This document shows positions 9,587-19,400 of a stretch of DNA of 32,000 nt, in pieces. The stretch spans positions 150,001 to 182,000 of the forward strand of contig NC_009483.1 in the NCBI RefSeq assembly GCF_000016745.1. The letters are read 5' to 3'. This stretch comes from Geotalea uraniireducens Rf4 (GTDB lineage: Bacteria; Desulfobacterota; Desulfuromonadia; Geobacterales; Geobacteraceae). Numbering within the stretch: position 1 is the stretch's first letter; every line of letters starts with the position of its first letter. Made by a program: the position numbers and the translations under genes. The notes under the pieces are model-generated. The model made no database searches. It was not told where the DNA came from and worked only from the letters and a program-made list of their open reading frames with translations.

Positions 9587-9620
9587 CTATCAAATTATGC
9601 ATGCATGCATAATTTGATAG
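9587..9620. promoter_or_regulatory. 34-bp perfect palindrome, candidate enhancer (UAS) for the sigma-54 activator and/or a 3' hairpin of its mRNA
   Basis: CTATCAAATTATGCATGCATGCATAATTTGATAG is its own reverse complement. It lies 38 nt downstream of the regulator stop and about 210-240 bp upstream of the -24/-12 element. Its ATTATGCA/TGCATAAT core recurs at 11544-11570. Confidence 0.45.
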
Positions 9621-9657
9621 TGTTAACCTTGACGGCGATGGGCTGAGTGCGGTTTAT

Positions 9658-11433
9658 TCAGGTCAAGCCGTACTTCTTGAGTTTGCGGGCGATGGTGGAT
9701 TGATTCACCCCCAAGACCTCAGCCATCCTGCATTGGTTGCCGTATCGCTCCACTGCCTGGGCAAGGACGTTTCGCTCTACGCTGTCGATTGCCTGTTGCA
9801 GGCTCATTTCTTCAGGCCAAGCCATGGATGCCTTGCCCGTTTCCTCCACGCGGGCGACGATATCGCCGGGAAGGTCCTTGAGATCGATCAATTCCATTTC
9901 GGACATGACAACCAGTCGCTCGCAGATGTTCATGAGCTCGCGCACGTTGCCCGGATAAGGGTAAGACATCAAAATGTCCGAGGCGGCCCGGGTAAGCCGT
10001 TTCTTGATGCCGGTCTTCGTCCCGAAAAAGTCGATGTAATGGTGAATGAGAGGCAGTATGCAGTCTTTCCGCTCCCGTACAGACGGGACATAGATGGGGA
10101 TGACTTTCAATCGATAATAGAGATCAAGCCGGAATTTCCCCTGGCTGACCATCTCCTCCAGGTTGCGGTGGGTCGCCGCGAGAATGCGGACGTCAACGGT
10201 GCGTCCGTTGGTCCCGCCAAGACGTGTGATGCGGCCGTCTTCAAGGAAGCGGAGCAATTTGACCTGCGAGGAGAGGGGGAGCTCGGCGATCTCGTCAAGA
10301 AAGAGGGTTCCCCCATCTGCCAGCTCGAAATATCCCGGCTTGCCGCCGGCTTGGGCGCCGGTAAAGGCGCCTTTCTCGTAGCCGAACAGCTCGGATTCAA
10401 TCAGGGATTCAGGGATGGCGCCGCAGTTGATCTTGATGAGCGGCTTTTTCGCCCGCAGTGAATTCTTGTGGATCAGGTCGGCGATCAGCCCCTTTCCCAC
10501 GCCGGATTCGCCGAGAATCAGCACCGACGAGTCAACGGTACTGACCTTGATCGCCTGATGGAGCGCCTTGAGCATGACGGGGCTCCGGGCTATGACCCGA
10601 TGCGACTCCAGCTCCACCTGCTGCTTCTCGATCATGTGGTGGCGGAACTGGTCTTTCATGGCCTCCTGCTCCTCCAACTCCCGTTGCAGGATATCGATCT
10701 CGGTAATGTCGCGTTCGCTCACCACGACCCTGATCAGCCGTCCGGCTGTATCGAAAACAGGGGTGCCGGTCAGGATCAGCTTGCGTCCTTCCCGCTGTTG
10801 CAGCATGTTCGCAACGTTTCCGGTTCTGAGCACCTCAAGGGTGGCCGACTTGTCGAAAACCCCTTCTGCCACCAGGTCACGCATATTGTGGCCGACGACG
10901 TCCTCCGCCTTAATATGGTTGATTCGCTCCGACGCCGGATTTATACGGAGCACATTGGCTTGCGAGTCGCAGATCCAGAGCCCGTCGGAAGAGGAGTTGA
11001 TTATAGCGCCCAATTCACTGGTCAACTCCTGAAACGTCTGCATCTGCATCGCCATTTCTTCCAGGCCCGTACTTTCCACAAAAACGCAGACGGCCCCGAC
11101 TTGCTCCTTATCCAGGAGGATCGGACTTACCCTGACCAGGTAGTTCGCTTCCCCGCCCCGTACCGACACTTCAATGCTGTGGGTGTGCTTTCTGAGGCGC
11201 TGCACGACCTTCGGCCAAAGTTCCGGCAGGACGTCGTTCAGGTGGATGCCGGGATAAGCGCCGAAATTCTCGCGGGCGCTCTTGTTGGCAAGAATGGTCA
11301 TGCCGGAGGTGTTGACGGCCAGAACCCCAACTCCCATGGCGTTTACCAGCGCCTGATAGAAATCGTCGGAATTGAGCGGCGCATTGCTCAGCGGCGAATT
11401 GATGAATAACGTCGGATCGGTATTAAAAGACAT
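9658..11433 (-). CDS. Sigma-54-dependent transcriptional activator with N-terminal PAS-type sensor region (no receiver domain)
   Basis: 591-aa ORF. The AAA+ core has Walker A GESGVGKG, the sigma-54 contact loop GAFTGA (ELFGYEKGAFTGA) and Walker B TLFLDEI. The C-terminus has a Fis-type HTH (MAEVLGVNQSTIARKLKKYGL). The N-terminal ~280 aa looks like tandem PAS. Confidence 0.9.
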   Translation of the reverse strand: MSFNTDPTLFINSPLSNAPLNSDDFYQALVNAMGVGVLAVNTSGMTILANKSARENFGAYPGIHLNDVLPELWPKVVQRLRKHTHSIEVSVRGGEANYLVRVSPILLDKEQVGAVCVFVESTGLEEMAMQMQTFQELTSELGAIINSSSDGLWICDSQANVLRINPASERINHIKAEDVVGHNMRDLVAEGVFDKSATLEVLRTGNVANMLQQREGRKLILTGTPVFDTAGRLIRVVVSERDITEIDILQRELEEQEAMKDQFRHHMIEKQQVELESHRVIARSPVMLKALHQAIKVSTVDSSVLILGESGVGKGLIADLIHKNSLRAKKPLIKINCGAIPESLIESELFGYEKGAFTGAQAGGKPGYFELADGGTLFLDEIAELPLSSQVKLLRFLEDGRITRLGGTNGRTVDVRILAATHRNLEEMVSQGKFRLDLYYRLKVIPIYVPSVRERKDCILPLIHHYIDFFGTKTGIKKRLTRAASDILMSYPYPGNVRELMNICERLVVMSEMELIDLKDLPGDIVARVEETGKASMAWPEEMSLQQAIDSVERNVLAQAVERYGNQCRMAEVLGVNQSTIARKLKKYGLT

Positions 11434-11543
11434 GAAGCGACCTCACGCGATAGGGGAATAATGGTGCATTCGGATGGAATATGTCCGGGAAGGAAAAGGT
11501 TTTTTCTCCGTTAACCCATGATGGATTCCATTCGATTTTTCGT

Positions 11544-11570
11544 ATTATGCACAAATGCATTGATTATGCA
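11544..11570. promoter_or_regulatory. ATTATGCA repeats with an internal ATGCA-N4-TGCAT inverted repeat, candidate regulator-binding sites
   Basis: ATTATGCAcaaaTGCATtgATTATGCA lies in the divergent regulator/gabT intergenic region. It shares the same 8-mer as the core of the 9587-9620 palindrome. Confidence 0.35.
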
Positions 11571-11687
11571 ATAGGGGATAATTTTGTGCCGGATTATGGC
11601 TGATTCTTCGAGAGAATTGGGCGATTTATTGGAAGAAAATTGCCATGAGCATGCTAAGTGGTTGGTATAACAGGTTTTAATGATTAT

Positions 11688-11728
11688 TGGTATGGTCTTT
11701 GATATAGCACTGAATTCAAGAATATATA
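11688..11728 (+). promoter_or_regulatory. gabT promoter candidates (weak sigma-54-like element overlapping a sigma-70-like element)
   Basis: TGGTATG-GTCT-TTGAT (11688-11703) has correct sigma-54 spacing but GA instead of the near-invariant GC at -12. It overlaps TTGATA-N18-TATATA (11699-11728). I cannot decide between them from sequence. Confidence 0.3.
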
Positions 11729-11854
11729 AATAATCAATCCCTCGGCTTGAATCACCGGCAGAGCGAGGAGGGTGGTTAGCGACAGAAGGGGAGAGCCAAT
11801 CGTGACCAGCCTCATAAATCTCTGTACACACCACCTGGAAAAGGAGTCGTACCC

Positions 11855-13171
11855 ATGTCCTCCCGAAACGAAGAATTGATGCAGTTAAAGAATCAGCATG
11901 TGCCCCAGGGTGTTGCCAACTTGAGCCCCGCCTTTATAAGTAAGGCCCGCGGCGCCATCATGGTGGATGTGGATGGCCGCGAGTTGATCGATTTCGCTGG
12001 GGGCATCGGCGTGAATAACGTCGGTCACTGCCACCCGAAGGTCGTGGCGGCCATCAAGGATCAGGCTGAAAAATATATTCACACGTGCTTCCATGTCGCC
12101 CTCTACGAACCGTACGTCGAGCTTGCCGCACGGCTTAACGAACTGGCCCCGGGCGACTTCGCCAAGATGACCATGTTCGCCAATTCCGGCGCCGAGGCAG
12201 ACGAAAATGCCATAAAAATCGCACGCTACGCCACTAAACGTCCTGCCGTCATCGCCTTCGAAAACGGGTTTCACGGCCGGACACTCATGACCATGACCCT
12301 GACGAGCAAGGTCAAACCGTACAAGCTGGGTTACGGTCCTTTTGCCCCTGAAACCTACCGCATCCCCTATGCCTACTGCTACCGCTGCCCTTTCGGGATG
12401 ACATATCCCGCGTGTAAGGCCTCCTGCGCAGACTACCTGGAGGAATTTTTCATCAACCACGTGGCTGCGGAGCAAACAGCGGCGATTATTGCCGAACCGA
12501 TCCAGGGCGAAGGGGGATTCATCACCCCCCCACCCGAATATTTTGCCAAACTCCAGGCCATCTGCCAAAAATACGGCATTCTCCTCATCATTGACGAGAT
12601 CCAGACAGGAATGGGACGAACGGGAAAAATCTTCGCCATCGATCACTGGGGCATCAAGCCCGACCTGATCACTACGGCCAAGAGCCTTGCAGGCGGGATG
12701 CCGCTGAGTGCCATAACCGGCCGCGCCGAACTGATGAACATGTCTCACGCGGGAGGTCTGGGCGGAACCTACGGCGGTAATCCGATCTCCTGCCGCGCAG
12801 CCCTGGCAGTCCTTGAAATTCTGCTTGAAGACGGCTTGCTCAACAAGGCCGACGAACTCGGCGCCAAGCTTACGGCGCGTTTCGAGGAACTGCAGAAGAC
12901 CCACGAAATCATCGGAGAGGTGCGCGGCAAGGGCCCCATGTTGGCGCTTGAGCTGGTCCGTGACAGGGAAACAAAAGAACCCGCAGGCGCCGAAGCAAAA
13001 AAGTTGACCAAGCTTTGTTTCGAAAAAGGTCTGGTGATTCTTTCCTGCGGCAATCATGGTAACGTGATTCGGGTGCTGATGCCCCTGGTCATCACCGACG
13101 AGGAACTGGGTAGAGGTATTGCCATACTGGACGAGTCCCTTCACGAGCTCTCCGCGCAAAAAGCAGGCTAA
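11855..13171 (+). CDS. gabT: 4-aminobutyrate aminotransferase (class III PLP aminotransferase)
   Basis: 438-aa ORF with GGAG 8 nt upstream. It has class III motifs (FANSGAEADENAIKIAR, DEIQTGMGRTG) and the PLP-lysine context TTAKSLAGG. Confidence 0.88.
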   Translation: MSSRNEELMQLKNQHVPQGVANLSPAFISKARGAIMVDVDGRELIDFAGGIGVNNVGHCHPKVVAAIKDQAEKYIHTCFHVALYEPYVELAARLNELAPGDFAKMTMFANSGAEADENAIKIARYATKRPAVIAFENGFHGRTLMTMTLTSKVKPYKLGYGPFAPETYRIPYAYCYRCPFGMTYPACKASCADYLEEFFINHVAAEQTAAIIAEPIQGEGGFITPPPEYFAKLQAICQKYGILLIIDEIQTGMGRTGKIFAIDHWGIKPDLITTAKSLAGGMPLSAITGRAELMNMSHAGGLGGTYGGNPISCRAALAVLEILLEDGLLNKADELGAKLTARFEELQKTHEIIGEVRGKGPMLALELVRDRETKEPAGAEAKKLTKLCFEKGLVILSCGNHGNVIRVLMPLVITDEELGRGIAILDESLHELSAQKAG

Positions 13172-13446
13172 GGGACTCGGAAAATACAAATATACCATCT
13201 CGCATCCTGGCTTCGGGCCATATTTCACTGCTTCTCAATCGCAAAATCCTCAGCGTAGCCATGCTACGCCTGCGGTTTTGCTCAATCGGCGCAGCAAAAT
13301 CTGACTCCGAATCCAGGCGCGATCTCGGTACATTAGTAATTTCCGAGTTCCTAAACATTCGACTCCCGCCATCTTTACCACGGCTATAACCATGAAAACG
13401 GCAGTTAGCCACAGGATTACATTTCAAACATCAAAAGTATGAACGC

Positions 13447-13473
13447 AAAAAAGGCCGGTTTCCCGGCCTTTTT
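13447..13473. terminator. Bidirectional rho-independent terminator shared by gabT (+) and the giant cytochrome gene (-)
   Basis: AAAAAAGGCCGG-TTTC-CCGGCCTTTTT is a GC stem flanked by an A-run and a T-run. It sits between two convergent genes. Confidence 0.75.
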
Positions 13474-13493
13474 GTGAAGCTATGCAGTAAATT

Positions 13494-16400
13494 TTACAGC
13501 TTTGTGTGACAGGATGTACATGTAATTGTCGTGTCGGTCCAGACGACGGTCTGGCCTGCTCTCAGGTTGTGACAGGAGATGTTGGAGCAGGTAGCGGTGC
13601 CGGCGTTGTACATGCTGTCTGATAGAGCCACCTTGGCGGTATCAAAGGCTGTTGTACCGGTTTTGTAGTTGCTGCCGTTACGGCTCCAGAGGCCGGAGTA
13701 GTTGCTGAAACTTCCGGTCCTGAGCTGTGCCTTGGAGATAACCTTGAGCGGTGTGGTCGGGAAGGCGATCTCCTTCTTGCCGTTGACGTGGAAGGTGAAG
13801 TCGGCGATTCTGGCATTGCCTTTGACCAGGGCGCCGTTAACCCCTTTCGTATGGCAGGTGTTGCAGAGGGCGTTCTGGTCGTTGCCGGATACCGTCATAG
13901 TTTTGTAATGACAGGTGTTACAGGTGATGGTGGTTGACTGGCCAGGGACACCATGGCTGGAATTGCCGGAAGCAGCGGCTGCCAGTTTGCCGGATGTGCC
14001 GTTAAAGACGTTGTTGTAGTGGAGACCGACCTGGTGCGCATCGTGGGCGGCGGTCTGCGGCGAGTTGCCATGGCACTTGGCACAGCGGTCGCCACCAAGC
14101 GTGGCAAAGGTCGTGGTCCAGGCGGGTGCATGGCCGTTAAGGCCGGAGACCATGGCATTTTTGCCATCACTATGGCAGTAGACGAGATCGCAGCTCTTGT
14201 CTGAACCAGAGTTGTATACTGCGCTGCCGGTATTAAGCTTACGCAGTGAGCCGGCATAGGTGCCGCCGCTTGCTGCATCGAGCTGTACCTCGATAGTACC
14301 GTTGAGGTGGTAGGTAGCCTCTGCCGTAGGTCCGGTAGGATGGCAGTTGGCACAACCGAAGCCGTATTTTACCGGTGTCCCTTCTACGCCGCTGGATTTA
14401 TTAGCTGTGTAGGAGTAGAAAGCCACCTGGCTGGCCAGATTGAGGAGACCGGCATGGGTGGTATGGGCAGCGGACAGGTTAGCCAGCGGGTGGCAGCCGT
14501 CGCAACCGAGTGATGCACTGCCCCATGTGGCTGCTTGAGCGGTGAACTTGCCGCTGCTGTGACAGCTGATGCCGGAGCAGCTGGTTGTTCCGGTGAAGTT
14601 AACCGCAACAGTGTTGTAGGTGCTGCCCTGGTTGACGCCGATGGTGCGGTTGATGTGTTGGGCAACGCTGGCAATGGTGTTGTTGGCCTGGGTCGTATTC
14701 CAGTGGCAGTTTGCACATGTTGCGCCCTTGAGAATATGAGCGGCATGGTTGCCTGTTGACAGATTTGCTGAAGTGGAACCGTGACAGCCGCTGCAGTCAA
14801 GGGTTGAACCACTGTTCCAGGTGGCGGTCGTCGTCACTGAAACCAGTGGTGCCCCGGACTTGCCGTTGCTGTGGCATGTGAAGGTGGAGCAGGATTTGTT
14901 CTTGCCGGCATAAGCACCGGAATAGTCAACGAACTTGTTGACGTGCTTGCCGTAGGCGTTGGTAGCAATTGCGGTGGCGCTGGTGAGGGTGTTGGCATGG
15001 CAGTCGGTACATGCGAAGCCTCCACCCGCAGAAGCATTGCCGATGTGGGACTTGTGAGCGCCGGAGAGCATGTTGGGTGTGGTGGCAGGATTAGTTCCGG
15101 CGATAGTCGTTGTGGCGTTGCCGTGACAGGTAGCACAGCTTGCATCCCTGGCGGTGATGCCCCAGTTGACGGTTGTACTTACACCGTTGCTGCCGCGGCC
15201 GTTGCTGTGGCAGTAGGTGGCGGTGCAGTTGGCGTTGTTGCCGGTTGTCCATTTGAAGCTCTTGCCGTCAACCGAACCGGTTGCCGGGCGTGTATAGGCG
15301 CTGTTGGCACTAGCGCCACGACCGGCGGAACTGAAGGAGAAGAAGACCGTCGCATCGGATACGGCCGTCATAGGCATGTCGGCATGCTTGCCGGTATCGG
15401 TGCCGTGGCAGGCGGAGCAGGCAAACTGGTATGCCGTCGTGCTCTGGCTGGAACTGCCGGGGGCTGCGCCGTAAAGACCGGTGGCTACCGTTGTTGTGTT
15501 GTAGTGAATGCCATGGGCGCCTGGCAGGGCGTTGCTGGCATCGTGACACTTGTTGCAGGCGAGCGGGCCGGCGGTGCCCCAGGCATCGGATGCTGCGCTG
15601 CCGTGGCAGTAGGTTGCGGAACAGGTCCTGGCCCCTGCGTTGTAGGCGCCGGAGTTATTGGTAAAGGTGCTCGGCTTGCTGAAACGAACGTCACGAGTCT
15701 TGTTCAGGTGAGTACTGCCGGCGATAACGGCATTGGTGCCGTTGACCGTCGTGTCATGGCAGTATACGCACTTGGCGGTATCCTGGGTCGGGAGGTGTTT
15801 CACGTGGCTGTTGATACCGACGGCGTCGGGAGACGGCATACCGCTCGTGTTGCCTGTGGTGCCGTGACAGCCATTGCAGCCGAGAGTGCCGCCGCTGTTC
15901 CATGCAGGAATTGCGGTTACCGGCACCCCACCCTTGCCATTGCTGTGGCAGTAGAAGGTGCTGCAGGTCCTTGTCTTGCCGGCATAAGCGCCGGAGTAGT
16001 CAACGAACTTGTTGACATGCTTGCCGTAGGCGTTGGTAGCAATTGCGGTGGCGCTGGTGAGGGTGTTGGCATGGCAGTCGGTACAGGTGAAGCTGCCGCC
16101 GGCAGAAGCATTGCCGATGTGGGACTTGTGGGCGCCGGAGAGCATGTTGGGTGTGGTGGCGGGATTAGTTCCGGCAATAGTCGTTGTGGCGTTGCCGTGA
16201 CAGGTAGCACAGCTTGCATCCCTGGCGGTGATGCCCCAGTTGACAGTTGCACTTACACCGTTGCTGCCGCGGCCGTTGCTGTGGCAGTAGGTGGCGGTAC
16301 AGTTGGCGTTACCGCCGTTGGTCCATTTGAAGCCCTTGGTATCAGTTGAGCCGGTAGCCTGACGGACATAGGCGGTGTTGGCAGAAGCGCCACGACCGGC

Positions 16401-19400
16401 GGAGCTGAAACCGAAGAAGATAGTTGCATCGGAAACGGCCGTTCTGGGCATGTCTGCATGGGCATTGGTATCAGTGCCGTGGCAGGCGGAGCAGGCAAAC
16501 TGGTATGCGGTTGAGCTCTGGCTGGAGCTGCCGGGGACTGCACCGTAAAGACCGGTGGCTACCGTTGCAGTGTTGTAGTGGATGACGTGAGCACCGGGCA
16601 ATGCATTGCTTGAGTCATGGCACTTGTTACAGGCGAGAGGACCGGCGGTACCCCATGCATCGGATGCTGCGGTGCCGTGGCAGTAAGTTGTGGAACAGGT
16701 CCTGGCGCCGGCATTGTAGGCACCGGAGTTGTTGGTGAACGTGCTCGGCTTGCTGAAGCGGACGTTACGTGCGTTGTTGATGTGCTGGCTGCCGGTAATT
16801 ATCTCACTGGCACTGTTGACGGTGGTGTCATGGCAGTACACGCACTTGGCGGTGTCCTGGGTCGGAAGATGCTTCACATGGCTGTTGACACCGACTGCAT
16901 CGGGAGAAGGCATACCGCTCGTGTTACCGGTGGTACCGTGGCAGCCGTTACAGCCCAGGGTCGTACCGCTGGTCCAGGCAGGAAGCGCCGTGACCGGTGC
17001 GCCACCCTTGCCGTTACTGTGGCAGTAGAAGGTGGAACAGGTCCTGTTCTTGCCGGCATAGAGGCCGGAGTAGTTCACCATTCCATCCACATGCAGTGCG
17101 CTGTTGGTAATGGTGCGGTTGTCAGTATTGGTGATCGTCGGGGCGTGGCAGGAACTACACTTGAAGGCGCCCCCCTGGTTCGTGTTGTTCAAATGGGCAT
17201 TGTGAGCGCCGCTCAGTTTGGTTGCAGCGGTGACTTCGTTGCCATGGCAACCGGTACAATCGGTCGGCATGGTTGCGCCATTCCATGAGGGGGCAGTGGC
17301 TGCGCCACTGTGGCAGTAGGTTGCCGAACATGTTCCAAATCCGTTGCCGGGAGTGTTGGTGGCTTGACTGTAAGTACCAGAGCCGGCAACTCCGCTGAAA
17401 GCGACATCGATATTGTAGTCTGCATGTTTTGCGGTATCTTTACCTGCCGTGCTGTGACAGATAACACAGTCGTATCCGGCATTAACGTGGGTGGCATGGT
17501 TGGCATTTGCCGGAGGATTGCCGTGACAGGCGGAGGTATCGCATGATACGAATGGCGCCCCACCCCATGCGGGAGTTACACTCGGCGTAGCCACTGCGGA
17601 AGCATCGGCAGTCTGAACCGTGCTGTGGCAGTAAACCGAACAGGTGCCGTAGCTCAAAGCTGCTGAAGACTGGTTGGCGAAGCTCTTGTAAGTGGCATTA
17701 GCCCGGAGCTTGGATGCCGGGTTCAGTTTGGTCACCACATTGCCGTTGACATGGCCGTTATCGGCAGGAAGGGTGCCGTGGCAGTCGCTGCATGCGATAC
17801 CCATGTATCCTGCAGCCGTACCGGTATGGCGGGCATGGTTGCCTGATGTCGGTGGAGCTGCCTGGGTGGTTGCATGGCAGGCGCCGCAGGCCTTGGCCGC
17901 TGCTCCGGAGGTCCAGGAAGGCACCATCATGGAGCCGTTGCTGCCGCTATAACCGCCGTGGCAGTAGAGGTTCGAACAGGTATTGTTGTTGCCGGTTGCC
18001 ATGGTGACTGTGGTTCCGGCGTAGGTGGAAGCGCCGCTGTAAGTCGCATAAGGCGTTTTCACGGCAAAATCGCCGCCGTTGAAGGTACCCTTGAAACCGG
18101 CAATGGTTCCGCCGTTGATGTTGAAACCGAACTCGATATGCTGGTTGCCCATCGGGTTTGCGGTGTAGCCCTGGTGGCAGGTTTCGCAGGTCATGCCTCG
18201 GGCATTTACATGTGTGGCATGGGCACCCGCCTCTCCTGCACCAAGGACGCCGGTTGCCGGGGAGGCAAGACCGTCGGTGCCCAGAGTAGCATTGATGGGG
18301 GGGTAGCCGTGGCAAGTGTTACAGGATGCGCCGAATGCCTTGCCATGGGCATGACAGGAGGTACAATCAGTAAGGTTGGCGCTCTTATGATTGAGGTCGC
18401 CGGTGGTCTGGTTGTATTTGTGGACGGCAGTCTGGGTGTGGCAGACCTCGCATATGCGTGCCGATGTGGTATGGCCGCCGGCGTCGCTGCCGAAGGCAGT
18501 AACGTTGTTGAATTTTACCGGTTTGAGCACTGCCGCACCGATGGTGGCCGGAATGGACTCGACCACCCGCTTGACGTTTGCCGTGTTGCGGTTGTGGCAG
18601 GTGGCACAGGTGAACTCACCATACTGGCCCCCGACAATACCCCAGCCGCTGCTGGCTGACCAGTATTTGGCGCCCAGGTTGATGCTGTTGTGGAGCAGTG
18701 GGTCGGAAAGGGGAGGATTCGTTGCCAATGAGCCGGTGACCGGACTGCCGGTCACACCGTCACCATCGCTGAAGGTAGCCTGGAAATAATAGGTGGTGTT
18801 GGGGGTCAGTCCGCTTACGGTCGTAGAGTAGAGTCCTGCACCTTTGACGGGAGCAGGTGCTGCGTTAGGGTAGCTGCCCGGACTTGTGCCATACATGATG
18901 ACACAGCTGTTGTCGTTATTGTCATCGCCGCTGAAGGCAACCTGGACGCTGATCTGTTTGTCGGTGGCGCCGAAGAAGGACATTGCCCCTGCAATGGTGT
19001 TATTCACCGACGGTGTGTAGGAAATGGACAGCTCGTCCACCCAGAGGGAGGCGGTTGAACCAACAGGAGATCCCCCTCTCGAAGTGAGGGTGATGATGAT
19101 CTGGTTGACGTTTTGGGCTAGGACTACGGCAGGAGCAGCATTCCGTAACGCCCAGGAACTGTTGGTCAGTTCTCCGGTACTGAGGATATTGACGGTGGAG
19201 GAATCCGCATATCTGAGGCTGACAGAGATGTTATCACCAACGGCCTCACTGCTGGTGGTGAGTTGTGAGTAGAGCGACACAGTATTAATTGTTGATCCGG
19301 CCGGAATGGAGACCGTCTGCGTTACTGTGCCGGAGGTCGTAACGTTTCTGGTTGTGGCGACTTTGGCAGAGCCGCTCCCACCAGTCCGTGTGGTTGCGCT

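Noticed and set aside
11511-11834. A 107-aa minus-strand ORF filling the regulator/gabT intergenic region, and a 64-aa ORF at 9371..9565.
   Set aside because: They lie in AT-rich promoter or leader DNA that carries the promoter and enhancer candidates. They have no SD and their composition is unlike the surrounding genes.
11885-13228. A 447-aa ORF antisense to the whole of gabT. Similar long antisense ORFs occur at 651..1946 (opposite gdh), 3413..4519 (gabD), 10468..11409 (regulator), 14871..16349 (giant cytochrome), 22322..23425 (glmU) and 27310..27909 (cbcL-like).
   Set aside because: In every case the antisense ORF is codon-aligned with the real gene (the same coordinate modulo 3). Its only possible stops would be sense codons TTA, CTA and TCA, which this organism's codon usage avoids. 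The translations are Arg/Gly/Ala/His-rich with no motifs, while the opposite-strand products have clear family signatures. These are shadow ORFs, not overlapping genes.
14907-17054. The repeat array as a CRISPR or other non-coding array.
   Set aside because: The period is 1074 bp, in frame and entirely within a continuous ORF, and it encodes repeated haem-motif modules. There is no short repeat-spacer structure.
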